A program made the translations under genes and the position numbers. The notes under the pieces are model-generated. The model was not told the origin of the DNA and searched no databases. It saw only the letters and a list, made by a program, of their open reading frames with translations. 64,000 nt of DNA from Candidatus Dadabacteria bacterium (GTDB lineage: Bacteria > Desulfobacterota_D > UBA1144 > Nemesobacterales > UBA2774), in contig JADLGH010000007.1 in the NCBI GenBank assembly GCA_020849425.1, positions 2,732 to 66,731 of the forward strand, read 5' to 3'. Of the stretch, positions 18,985 through 28,840 are shown one piece after another; the first letter of the stretch is position 1, and each line of letters starts with the position of its first letter.

Positions 18985-20514
18985 GTGACGCCCTGGCCGC
19001 ATTTTTCGAGACTGACACTCGCGACGCTGATACTGCTCTGCGTAAAGCTCGCGCTGGCCCTGTATCTTTACAGTCTCGGTTTTCTGAGCCTCTCGGCGGA
19101 CGAGTACTCGCGCGGGATGACGGCCGCTAGATGGGCTCTCGACGGCGACCTGCCGCTCGGAATATACATGAACGCGTGGCTCCCCTTCGAGACGTACGTC
19201 AACGGCCTCGCGCTCAAGGTATGGAGCGACGTCATATGGACCCCCCGTATCACTGTATTCATCTTCTCCTGCGTCCTCCTCGTATATTTTTTGAAGCTGG
19301 TTCAATACCTTTTCAAATCGCTCGTCGTAACGATAATAGCGGGCCTCCTCCTCGTCTTCACACGCTGGTTCGTCTGGCTCGGCGGAACCCCCATGCTCGA
19401 CATCTACTGCCTCGCGCCCTTCGTCGCGGGGCTTTACTACGCGGCGAAGTGGACGGAGGAAAGACGCGGCGTTTTTCTCCTCGCGGGAGGATTCCTTTTC
19501 TTCCTCTCGACCGGGTTTCACAGCCAGGCATGGATCCTCGTAAACGCGGCGTGCCTTTCCCTGGCGGTTTACGCCGCGGCATTCATGAGAGAGAAAAGCC
19601 CGAGGGCCCTTCCGGAGCTGGCGGGCTTCTTCTTACTGAGCAATCTCTTCATCGCCGTCTATCTCCCGGTAGAGCACGCCGCCACCGGCGAATGGCTCTA
19701 CATGTTCAGGGACCACGCGGCGAGGACCCTCCCCTACTACTCCGACTACGACGTCTCTCTCTGGAAGAAGCTCGCCTACTATCCCCGGCTCGTGTACCAC
19801 TCCGCAAACTGGCTCGTGTGGCTCTTTTTCCCGGTGGGTATATTTGCGGCCCTGACAGCACGGCGAAGAACCGCGGCCCTCTTCCCGCTCGCGGTCGGCA
19901 TTATCGCCCTCGCCGTCTACTCGTTCTATAACGTCTTCTCGGTCCCGGCCTCTGCCGCGCCCGGGCGCTACTCCCTCCCCTTCTTCATACTCTTCGCGCC
20001 GTACTCGGCCCTCGGCATTTACACGCTCTCCTTCCTCGATATCCGCGCGCCGGTTTCGTGGCTCCTTCGCGGCGCGGCGGCGGCGCTCGTCGTCTATCTC
20101 TTGTGGACGAGCTTCCTCCAGCTGCCCGATTACGAAACGAAAAACGCGCGCGAGGCCGTGGGCGTCGGCCTCTTCGTCAGGGACGAGATGGACAGCAAAT
20201 GGCCCGGCGACGACGGAACAATACTCCTCGAACGGGCGTACTGGGACTTCCTCTACATACGGCTCGCCGCCGGGCACTTCGGCCTCGTACGGTTCGACAG
20301 GCCAATCACGGACGAGTACGCCGGCACGCCGTCCGACCTCCTCTCGATGAGCGACGGTGAAATACTCGCCCGCGTGAAAAAAGAGAAGACGAGGTTCATA
20401 ATCGTGAGGGACCCCGCGCTCAGGGAAAGGCTCTCAGGGCTCGGCTTTTTGCGAATAGCGAGGGATTCAGACGAATGGGCCGCCTTCGAGGTCGACCCGG
20501 GCGTGATGCGATAG
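18985..20514 (+). CDS. Polytopic membrane protein, GT-C/ArnT-like glycosyltransferase
   Basis: DE motif after TM1 (SADEY), many TMs, GRY motif, soluble C-terminal tail. Confidence 0.6.
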   Translation: MTPWPHFSRLTLATLILLCVKLALALYLYSLGFLSLSADEYSRGMTAARWALDGDLPLGIYMNAWLPFETYVNGLALKVWSDVIWTPRITVFIFSCVLLVYFLKLVQYLFKSLVVTIIAGLLLVFTRWFVWLGGTPMLDIYCLAPFVAGLYYAAKWTEERRGVFLLAGGFLFFLSTGFHSQAWILVNAACLSLAVYAAAFMREKSPRALPELAGFFLLSNLFIAVYLPVEHAATGEWLYMFRDHAARTLPYYSDYDVSLWKKLAYYPRLVYHSANWLVWLFFPVGIFAALTARRRTAALFPLAVGIIALAVYSFYNVFSVPASAAPGRYSLPFFILFAPYSALGIYTLSFLDIRAPVSWLLRGAAAALVVYLLWTSFLQLPDYETKNAREAVGVGLFVRDEMDSKWPGDDGTILLERAYWDFLYIRLAAGHFGLVRFDRPITDEYAGTPSDLLSMSDGEILARVKKEKTRFIIVRDPALRERLSGLGFLRIARDSDEWAAFEVDPGVMR

Positions 20515-20595
20515 AGGCAAGTATGATTCCTTTTTACAGTGACGCCGCGAAGCACCCGCGGCAATCCCGTTAAAATCGCCCGCTTGAAGCGGCAG

Positions 20596-23500
20596 CTATC
20601 TCTCTGCGTAATGTTCCTGCGTGCCCTTCTTCCAGAGCCGCGAGAGCGAGAGGCTCGGTATATAGGTCTGGAGCCTGTCCATGTATATGTAAAAGACCGG
20701 CGTCAGGTAAAGTGTGATAAGCTGCGAGAAGAGTAAGCCACCCACGACGGTAAGACCGAGCGGCTGGCGCGACTCCGCTCCCGCGCCGTGGCCGAGCGCA
20801 AGCGGCACCGCTCCGAGGAGCGCCGCCATCGTCGTCATCATGATCGGGCGGAACCTGATGAGACACCCCTGGTATATCGCCTCCACGGGGCTCTTGCCCC
20901 CCTTTCTCTGGGCCTCGAGCGCAAAGTCTATCTGCATGATCGCGTTTTTCTTCACGATGCCTATGAGCATTATGAGACCGACGAATGCGTACACGTTCAG
21001 CTCTATTCCGAAAATGAGAAGAACTATGAGCGCCCCGAACCCGGCCGAAGGGAGGCCCGAGAGAATCGTTATCGGGTGGATGAAGCTCTCGTACAGGATT
21101 CCGAGTATGATGTAAATGACGAGTATGGAGAAAACGAGAAGGAGCCCGAGCCCCTTGAGCGACCTCTGGAACTCCTGCGCCACGCCCTGGTAATTCGTGC
21201 TCATGTTCGCGGGCAGCGTCTCCTCGACCAGCCTGTCTATTTTGCCGACGGCCTGGCTGAGCGATACGCCCGTCGCAAGGTTAAACGATATGGTTACGGC
21301 CGGGAACTGGCCGTAATGATTGATGGTCTTGGGACCGATGTTTTCCGTGAACCTGGCTACAGTATCGAGTGGTATGAGGCTCCCGCCCGACGACTTCACG
21401 TAAAGCCTCGAAAGGGCGTTCATGTCGTCCTGGTACTCGGGCTTCAGCTCCATGATGACCTGGAACTGGTTCGTCGGCGTGTATATCGTGGAGACCCACC
21501 TGTCGCCGTAGGCGTTATAGAGCGTGTTCTCGATCTCGGCGGCCGTAACGCCGTGGGCCGACGCCTTGTCCCTCATTATTTCGACGTTCACCTGCGGGTT
21601 CTCGATCTCGAGGTCGCTCGTAACGTCCTTGAGCTCGGGGAGCTCGCTCATCTTCGATTCGAGTATGGGAACGTACTCGTAGAGCTCCTCCATGTCCGGG
21701 CTCTGTATAGTGAACTGGTAGAGGCTCTTCGTAAGCTGTCCGCCTATCCTTATCTCGGGCTGGTCCTGCATGAACGAGCTCACCCCCGGGAGCTCCGCGA
21801 GCTTCGGGCGAAGCTCGTCTATTATCTCGAACGAGCTCGGCCTTTCGTCCCTGGGTATCAACCGCATGAACATCCTGCCCTGGTTCGTCCCAGTGGTTCC
21901 TCCTCCCCCGCCGATTCTCGAGAAGAACGAGTACACGTACGGGCTCGACATAACGACGTCGGCGACCTGCTGCTGGTACTCGGCCATCTTTTCGAAGGAA
22001 GTCCCCTGCGAAGCCTCGGTTATCGTAAAGATAGTCCCGTGGTCCTCGTTCGGCAGAAACCCCTTCGGGATTATCATGAAGAGGTACGCCGTTATCAGGA
22101 GTATCAAAACGTTCATCATCAGGAATGCGAACCTGTGCTTGAGCACGAACCCGAGGCTCCATTCGTATACGTTATACATGCCGTCGAAGAAGCGCTCGAC
22201 GGCGTTGTAAAGACGCCCGTGCTTCCTGCCGGACTCCGGCTTTAAAAACCTACTGCAGAGCATCGGGGTGAGGGTAAGGGAAACGACCCCCGAAATGAGA
22301 ATGGCGGCGGTTATGGATACGGCGAACTCCTGGAAGAGCCTGCCTATAACCCCGCCCATGAGCAGCACCGGGATGAATACGGCCGCGAGGGATAGCGTCA
22401 TCGACACGAGAGTGAAGCTTATCTCTTTCGAGCCGTCGAGGGCCGCCTGGAGGGGCTTCTTCCCCATCTCCATGTGCCTCACTATATTTTCGAGCATGAC
22501 TATGGCGTCGTCCACGACGAACCCTATGGCGAGAATGAGCGCCATCATCGAGATGTTGTTCAGGCTGAAGCCGCACAGATACATGACTATGAACGTCCCG
22601 ACGATCGAAAGCGGAAGCGCCAGGCTGGGTATCACCGTGGCCGAAATGTTCCGGAGAAAGAGGAATATCACCATGACGACCAGGCAAAGCGTGAGCAGCA
22701 TGGTGAAGTTGACCTCGTCCATCGACTCCCTTATCGACTGCGAGCGGTCGTAGTGAATGTTGAGGTTGACCGAGGGGGGGAGATAATCCTCGAGCGACGG
22801 GATTACCGCCTTGACCGCGTCGGCGACGGCGACGGTATTCGTCCCCGGCTGGCGCTGGATCGCGAGGATCACGGCCCTTTCGCTGGAATCCCTGTTTACG
22901 AACCACGCGGCGTTCTTGTCGTCCTCGACGCTGTCTATCACGTTCCCGAGCTCTTTCAAACGGACGGGAGAACCGTCGCGATAAGCGACGATGACGTCCC
23001 TGTATGCCTCGGCGTTATGCAGCTGCCCGGTGGCGAGGATGGTATAGGATTTGTCGGGGCCGTAAAGAGAGCCCGTCGGCATGTTGACGTTGGCGGCGTT
23101 CACCGCGGCCTCGACTTCGTTTATGCCGATACCCTTGCTGCTGAGCGCGTTGGGGTCTAGCTGTATGCGGACTGCGTACTTCTTCGAGCCGTATATCTGC
23201 ACCTGTGCGACGCCGCTCACCATCGAAATGCGCTGGGCGAGTATAGTGTCGGCGTATTCCGTAAGCTCCCAGGGCTGGAGCGTCGGCGACGTCACCGCGT
23301 AATACAGTATCGGCTGGTCGGCGGGGTTCACTTTCCTGTACGTGGGGGGCTCCGGCATGTCCTGCGGCAGGAGCCGGCTCGCCCGCGCTATGGCGGTCTG
23401 GACGTCCTGCGCCGCCGCGTCGAGCTGCCTTTCGAGGTTGAACTGTATCGTTATCTGCGTCGAGCCGAGCGAGCTCACGGACGTCATCGAGTCTATGCCC

Positions 23501-23724
23501 TCGATGGTCGAGAACTGCCGCTCGAGCGGCGTCGCGACCGTGGACGACATGGTCTCCGGGCTCGCCCCCGCGAGGTTCGCCGAAACGAGTATGGTAGGGA
23601 AATCCACGTTCGGGAGGTCGCTCACCGGAAGCGTCCTGTAGCCGATTATTCCGAAAAGGAGTATGGAGGCCATAAGGAGCGACGTCATAACCGGACGCCT
23701 GATGAATATTCCGGAAAGGTTCAA
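20596..23724 (-). CDS. RND efflux transporter permease (MdtB/C-like)
   Basis: FIRRPV, GFVVDDAIV, GIVKKNAIM, RFRPIMMTT. Confidence 0.95.
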   Translation of the reverse strand: MNLSGIFIRRPVMTSLLMASILLFGIIGYRTLPVSDLPNVDFPTILVSANLAGASPETMSSTVATPLERQFSTIEGIDSMTSVSSLGSTQITIQFNLERQLDAAAQDVQTAIARASRLLPQDMPEPPTYRKVNPADQPILYYAVTSPTLQPWELTEYADTILAQRISMVSGVAQVQIYGSKKYAVRIQLDPNALSSKGIGINEVEAAVNAANVNMPTGSLYGPDKSYTILATGQLHNAEAYRDVIVAYRDGSPVRLKELGNVIDSVEDDKNAAWFVNRDSSERAVILAIQRQPGTNTVAVADAVKAVIPSLEDYLPPSVNLNIHYDRSQSIRESMDEVNFTMLLTLCLVVMVIFLFLRNISATVIPSLALPLSIVGTFIVMYLCGFSLNNISMMALILAIGFVVDDAIVMLENIVRHMEMGKKPLQAALDGSKEISFTLVSMTLSLAAVFIPVLLMGGVIGRLFQEFAVSITAAILISGVVSLTLTPMLCSRFLKPESGRKHGRLYNAVERFFDGMYNVYEWSLGFVLKHRFAFLMMNVLILLITAYLFMIIPKGFLPNEDHGTIFTITEASQGTSFEKMAEYQQQVADVVMSSPYVYSFFSRIGGGGGTTGTNQGRMFMRLIPRDERPSSFEIIDELRPKLAELPGVSSFMQDQPEIRIGGQLTKSLYQFTIQSPDMEELYEYVPILESKMSELPELKDVTSDLEIENPQVNVEIMRDKASAHGVTAAEIENTLYNAYGDRWVSTIYTPTNQFQVIMELKPEYQDDMNALSRLYVKSSGGSLIPLDTVARFTENIGPKTINHYGQFPAVTISFNLATGVSLSQAVGKIDRLVEETLPANMSTNYQGVAQEFQRSLKGLGLLLVFSILVIYIILGILYESFIHPITILSGLPSAGFGALIVLLIFGIELNVYAFVGLIMLIGIVKKNAIMQIDFALEAQRKGGKSPVEAIYQGCLIRFRPIMMTTMAALLGAVPLALGHGAGAESRQPLGLTVVGGLLFSQLITLYLTPVFYIYMDRLQTYIPSLSLSRLWKKGTQEHYAER

Positions 23725-23761
23725 GGGCAGGCTACCTCGTTTTAAGTTCTTCGATTACAGG

Positions 23762-25045
23762 CTACTTCATGCTTATGTCCGAGCCGTCCTGCGAAAGGAC
23801 TTCGGGACTCTCGTTAACCCTGACCTTCATCCCCGGGACGAGCCTCAGCTGGCCCTCGGTGACGACGATCTCGCCGGGTTTCAGCCCCTTCGTGATGACG
23901 ACCTCCCTGTCCACCCTCGCGCCCGGGACGACGGGACGCGACTCGACCGTGGAATCGGGCTTTACGACGAAGACGTAATCCCCGCTCTGGCCCGACTGGA
24001 CTGCGCGGGCGGGCACGACGGTCGCATTCTCCTGCGTCGTGAGATTAAGTGAGACGTTTACGAATTTTCCCGGCCACAGCACCTCGCCCTCGTTTTCGAA
24101 TACGGCCTTTAACCTCACGGTTCCCGTCGACTCGTTCACCCTGTTGTCTATGAAGCTGAGCGTCCCTTCGGCCGGGGGAAGCTCGCTCGGGCTCACGCCG
24201 ACGGCCTCCGTATCCTTATCCATCGCCGCGCTCTCGCCGTCCTTCCGGCTGGTATAGGGAATAGCGGCGTAAACCCTGAGCTCGCCCGAGGCCGCGAGGT
24301 ATTCGCGGATGAGCGCCAGGAAATGCTCGGGAACGGAGAAATCGACGAACACGGGTTTTGTCTGGTTTATAACCGCCAGCAGGGTCGAGCGCGTTTCTAC
24401 CGTGTTGCCCTCGTGAACGAGTATCTCGCCTATGCGCCCGTCTATCGGCGATCGTATGGAGCAGTACTCCAGCTCGAGCTTTGCGTTCGCGACGGCGGCC
24501 CTGTCGGCGTTGACGGCCGCTTTCAGCGATTCGAACTCCGCCCTCACCTGGTCGTACTGCTGGGCGGACACAACCCCCTTGTTTATAAGGTCTTCGTACC
24601 TGGCGGCATCCTGCTCCGCCTTCTTCATCATTGCAGTATTGCGGGCCATGTTGGCCTCCGCCTGCCTGAGCGTATTTTCATACGGCCTCTGATCGATGAG
24701 AAAGAGAAGGTCTCCGCTGGATACCTTCTCCCCCTCCTTGAAGTAGACCCGCGAGAGCTGCCCCTCCACCTGGGGCTTTATCTCGACGGTCGAGTACGGC
24801 TACACGTTTCCTATGGCGCTCAGCCTGACGGGGACGTCCTTGCTCGTAACGCGGGCGACCGTCACGGGGACCCCTTCGCCCTGCCCCCCGCCCGGGGAGC
24901 CCTCCGCCTTAGAGTCCCCTCGGTCGCATGAAAAGGACATGACCAGCGCTATTAATGAAGTGAAAAAAAGTAGACCGCTTCGCCTGAAGGCGCGGGACAT
25001 CCGGGTTTTCCTCCCGTGATAGCGTACAAAATCCTCGTTATCCAT
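23762..25045 (-). pseudogene. RND membrane fusion protein (MdtA-like) interrupted by an in-frame TAG at 24800-24802
   Basis: ORFs 24800..25045 and 23762..24769 share a frame: LSAIGNV*PYSTVEIKPQVEGQL. Confidence 0.85.
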
Positions 25046-25389
25046 TATTGAATCTGAAATCTCGGCCGCGTAACCCCGACAAGAGACGTAGGGACTTTCC
25101 TTCCGCCGCTCCCGACCAGCCTGGAGCCTTAAGCCACTGCTATGATTAACCTTCTTATACCTGCGTCGGCGAACCTGTCCGATGTAAGTAATTACTTACC
25201 AAGACTAGATAAAACTGCATTACAATCCGCACGAAGTCAATTAATTTGTCGTTAAGCCCGCGACTGATTTATAAACACCTGCTGCATTTTCTCGCAAACT
25301 TGGAGAAGATACGTCGTCTAGGACAGTCGTGCTGACTCTGCCGCCGTGCTCTACCGAAGACGCAAACGAACCCGGGATTAAAAATACTA

Positions 25390-25420
25390 TTGACAGTTCG
25401 GAATATTACGATATATTATA
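25390..25420 (+). promoter_or_regulatory. sigma70 promoter with overlapping palindromic operator; arsR probably leaderless
   Basis: TTGACA 25390-25395, -10 near 25412-25419; TCG-G-AATATT-A-CGA palindrome; similar site at about 25780-25800. Confidence 0.55.
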
Positions 25421-25423
25421 AGC

Positions 25424-25756
25424 ATGCAGAAAATAACGTCACAAAGCGGGGTCTTTCCGCGCCTGACCGGCCTTGACTCGCTGGCGCAGGCCGCCGAATG
25501 CCTACGTGTGCTTGCCCACCCCCACCGCCTGAGGATGATCCAGATGATGCTGGCGGGGAGATTTACGGTCGGAGAGCTGGCCGAGGCATGCGAGCTGCCG
25601 ACGGCGATGGCCTCCGAGCATCTTCGGCTGATGCAGCGCTGCGGATTTCTAAGCAGCGAAAAGGAGGGCAGGAAGGTGTTTTACCGCGTAGTGGACCCTC
25701 ACCTTAAAAACCTCATGAAGTGCGTCGAGGATCGCTGCGGCGAGGCATTCGCGTAA
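25424..25756 (+). CDS. ArsR/SmtB family regulator (probable persulfide sensor)
   Basis: LRVLAHPHRL..TVGELAE..SEHLRLM..EGRKVFY; 5 Cys; operon context. Confidence 0.9.
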   Translation: MQKITSQSGVFPRLTGLDSLAQAAECLRVLAHPHRLRMIQMMLAGRFTVGELAEACELPTAMASEHLRLMQRCGFLSSEKEGRKVFYRVVDPHLKNLMKCVEDRCGEAFA

Positions 25757-25837
25757 GGCGGATTTTTTTTGCCCTGATATTCGGAAATATTCCGATATAT
25801 CGACTAATTAATAAACGATATTCGAAAGGAGAAAGTA

Positions 25838-26407
25838 ATGAGCGTACAAACGATTACACCGAAGAGGCTCTCCGAGCTGAAGGCAGCCGGGGAAACCATC
25901 GAGCTTATCGATGTCAGGACCCCCGCCGAGTTCCGCGAAATACACGTCGGCTTCGCCCGGAACGTCCCGCTCGACAGGCTCGGCGCATCCGGACTCGCCG
26001 AGGGCGGCCGGCCCCTATACGTCATGTGCCGTTCGGGAAACAGGGGCAGGGAGGCCTGCGAGAAGCTCTTTAACGACGCCGGAGTAGACGTCGTAAACGT
26101 CGAGGGAGGCGTGCTTGGATGGGAGGAAGCCGGGCTCCCCGTCGTTCGCGGGAAGAAGACCATCTCCCTCGACCGCCAGGTGCGGATTGCCGCGGGCTCT
26201 CTCGTCCTTTTGGGGGCTCTGCTGTCCGCCCTGGTAAGCGTTTACTGGATAGCGCTTCCGGCATTCGTAGGGGCGGGGCTCGTCTTCGCGGGCGTAACGG
26301 ACACATGCGGCATGGCAATGCTTTTGGCCCGTATGCCGTGGAACCGGGTCAGGGAAAGCCCGGACGGCGCGGCCTGCGAAAATAATCCGTCCGCGCTCGG
26401 CGGATAG
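25838..26407 (+). CDS. Rhodanese + DUF2892 membrane protein (YgaP-like)
   Basis: IDVRTPAEF, CRSGNR, LDRQVRIAAG, TDTCGM. Confidence 0.92.
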   Translation: MSVQTITPKRLSELKAAGETIELIDVRTPAEFREIHVGFARNVPLDRLGASGLAEGGRPLYVMCRSGNRGREACEKLFNDAGVDVVNVEGGVLGWEEAGLPVVRGKKTISLDRQVRIAAGSLVLLGALLSALVSVYWIALPAFVGAGLVFAGVTDTCGMAMLLARMPWNRVRESPDGAACENNPSALGG

Positions 26408-26464
26408 CGCCGCCGGAATTTGAGGAACGAATTTACGCGAACAAATATAGAAAGGAGAAATCAA

Positions 26465-27868
26465 ATGCTGCTTAAATACTTTTACGATCCCGGGCTGGCC
26501 CATGCATCCTACCTCGTCGGCTGCCGGCAAACCGGCGAAGCCGTGGTCATCGACCCGGGCAGGAACGTAGATCAATACCTCGAAGCCGCGGAGCTCGAAG
26601 AGCTTCGTATAGTCGGCTCCGCCGAGACGCACATACACGCCGACTTCGTTTCCGGCTCGTGCGAGCTCGCCGACAGGACCGGGGCGAGGCTATATCTCTC
26701 GGACGAAGGGCCTTCGGAATGGAAATACCTGTTCGCCGGCCGTTACGACACGCGGCTCCTGAAACACTGCGATTCGTTCCGCGTCGGCAGGGTCCGGCTC
26801 GAGGCCGTCCACACGCCGGGACATACGCCCGAGCACATGTCGTTTCTCCTGACGGACGAAGGGGGCGGCGCGGACGAGCCGATGGGGATTTTCACGGGCG
26901 ACTTCGTCTTCGCAGGCTCCATAGGACGGCCCGACCTTCTCGAAACCGCGGCCGGCGTAGCCGGCAGCGCCGGGAAGGGGGCGCGGCAGCTCTATCGTTC
27001 GCTCGACCTCTTCCGGGGCCTTCCCGACCACCTCCAGGTATGGCCCACTCACGGGGCCGGGAGCGCCTGCGGCAAGGGCCTCGGCGCGGTTCCTTCGAGC
27101 ACCGTCGGCTACGAAAAGCGGTTTAACCCGGGTCTCCGGTTCGAGGGCGAGCAGGAGTTCGTCGACTACATACTTTCAGACCAGCCGGAAACGCCCCATT
27201 ACTTCGCCGTCATGAAGCGCATCAACAAAGAAGGCCCGGCGCTCGTTCGCACCCTGCCGCCGGTAGAGGCCCTCGACCCGGACCTCCTGCCCGAGGCTGC
27301 GGGCCGGTACGTCGTGATAGACGTCCTCCCTGCGGCGGAGTTCGCGGAGGCCCACGTCCCGGGGACGATAAACATCCCTGCCGCTGCGCTCGTCAGGTGG
27401 GCGGGATTTCTGGTCGATTACGCTCGGCCCGTTTACCTCCTCGCGGACGAGGCGTCCGTGGCCGGCGTCCTTGGCCGCCTTCGCTCGATAGGAATAGACA
27501 ACGTCGGCGGCTATTTCGACGCCGGGGCCGTCCGGGAAGCCGGGCTCAGGACGGAGTTCTACGAATCCGCCTCTCCAGAAGAGCTTCGCCCGGATATCGA
27601 AAGCGGAGAGGTTACGGTCCTCGACGTGCGCGCGGCGACCGAGTACAGGGAAGGGCGCATCCCCGGGGCCGGGCACAAATTCGTGGGCAACCTCCTTCGT
27701 GAAATGAGCGACGTCGAACGTTCGAAGCCCGTGGCGGTCCACTGTCTCGGGGGCGAGCGCTCTGCGATCGCGGCGAGCCTCCTCCAGCGCGCGGGATACG
27801 ACGTCGTCGATATGAGCGGCGGTTACCGGGCGTGGGCGGCGGCCGGCCTACCGATCGACAAGAACTGA
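26465..27868 (+). CDS. Persulfide dioxygenase (MBL fold)-rhodanese fusion (CstB-like)
   Basis: ETHIHADF, HTPGHTPEH, HGAGSACGK, C-terminal rhodanese HCLGGERS. Confidence 0.9.
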   Translation: MLLKYFYDPGLAHASYLVGCRQTGEAVVIDPGRNVDQYLEAAELEELRIVGSAETHIHADFVSGSCELADRTGARLYLSDEGPSEWKYLFAGRYDTRLLKHCDSFRVGRVRLEAVHTPGHTPEHMSFLLTDEGGGADEPMGIFTGDFVFAGSIGRPDLLETAAGVAGSAGKGARQLYRSLDLFRGLPDHLQVWPTHGAGSACGKGLGAVPSSTVGYEKRFNPGLRFEGEQEFVDYILSDQPETPHYFAVMKRINKEGPALVRTLPPVEALDPDLLPEAAGRYVVIDVLPAAEFAEAHVPGTINIPAAALVRWAGFLVDYARPVYLLADEASVAGVLGRLRSIGIDNVGGYFDAGAVREAGLRTEFYESASPEELRPDIESGEVTVLDVRAATEYREGRIPGAGHKFVGNLLREMSDVERSKPVAVHCLGGERSAIAASLLQRAGYDVVDMSGGYRAWAAAGLPIDKN

Positions 27869-27890
27869 TTTCAAACGGTAAAGGTCCCGA

Positions 27891-28715
27891 ATGTCCATAA
27901 CCAGCCTCTTGTTGGGAGCCCTCGTCGGGCTCTCGCTCGGCCTCACGGGCGGCGGGGGCGCGATCTTCGCGGTGCCGCTCCTCGTATACGGGATGGGCCT
28001 TTCCGCGAAGGACGCCGTGGCCACATCCCTCTCGGCCGTGGGGGCCATATCGACGGTCGGGTTCCTTTCACACTGGCGAAGGGGCGACGTCGAGCTAAGG
28101 ACAGGGCTCCTCTTTGCCGCGGCGGGCATGGTCGGGGCGCCCGTCGGGACGTGGATCGCCGGTCTTATCCCGCAAACCCTTCTCCTTTTGCTGTTCGCCG
28201 CGCTGATGGCGGTCATCGCCCTCGTGCTCTGGCGGAAAACGGGTCTGGTGGAGAGCGAGTTACGCCCCGCGGCGGAAGGCCGGGACTGCATGGCCGCCGG
28301 CCCTTCGTGCGAGCGCGACCCGGCCGGCATCCTGATAATGAGCTCCTGCTGCGCCGTCCTCCTTGTCGTAGCCGGCGTTATCACCGGGGTCCTCTCCGGC
28401 CTCTTCGGTGTCGGCGGCGGATTTATTATCGTGCCCGCGCTCGTACTCTTCAGCGGCATGTCCATCCACCGGGCCGTGGGCACGTCCCTCATGGTCATCG
28501 TCCTCATAAGCGCGGCGGGCGTCGTCTCGCAGATCTTTGCCGGGCGCATCGTCTCGGGAGAGGTCACGCTCCTCTTCGTCGCGGGCGGTGTCGCCGGGCT
28601 CTTCGCGGGACAGGCCGCCGGGCGCAGGCTGTCCGGCCCTTCACTTCAGAAGGTCTTCGCCGCCGCCATACTCCTCGTGGCCGCCTTCGTCATCGTCCGG
28701 AATATATTCGGCTGA
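27891..28715 (+). CDS. TauE/SafE family sulfite exporter
   Basis: LGLTGGGG, GLFGVGGGF, AVGTSL. Confidence 0.92.
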   Translation: MSITSLLLGALVGLSLGLTGGGGAIFAVPLLVYGMGLSAKDAVATSLSAVGAISTVGFLSHWRRGDVELRTGLLFAAAGMVGAPVGTWIAGLIPQTLLLLLFAALMAVIALVLWRKTGLVESELRPAAEGRDCMAAGPSCERDPAGILIMSSCCAVLLVVAGVITGVLSGLFGVGGGFIIVPALVLFSGMSIHRAVGTSLMVIVLISAAGVVSQIFAGRIVSGEVTLLFVAGGVAGLFAGQAAGRRLSGPSLQKVFAAAILLVAAFVIVRNIFG

Positions 28716-28840
28716 GCCGGTATTCCACGCGCGCCGGTCAGGCGCTTCGGCGCATTCGCCGCCTTACCGTAGCCCCTAGGAATCCGGGCCCGCTATGGAT
28801 TATAATCTAGGGATATTCCGAGCCTTTTTGCCGGCCGTAT

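Noticed and set aside
20788..22245. 485-aa plus-strand ORF
   Set aside because: Antisense shadow of the RND permease, typical of GC-rich codon bias
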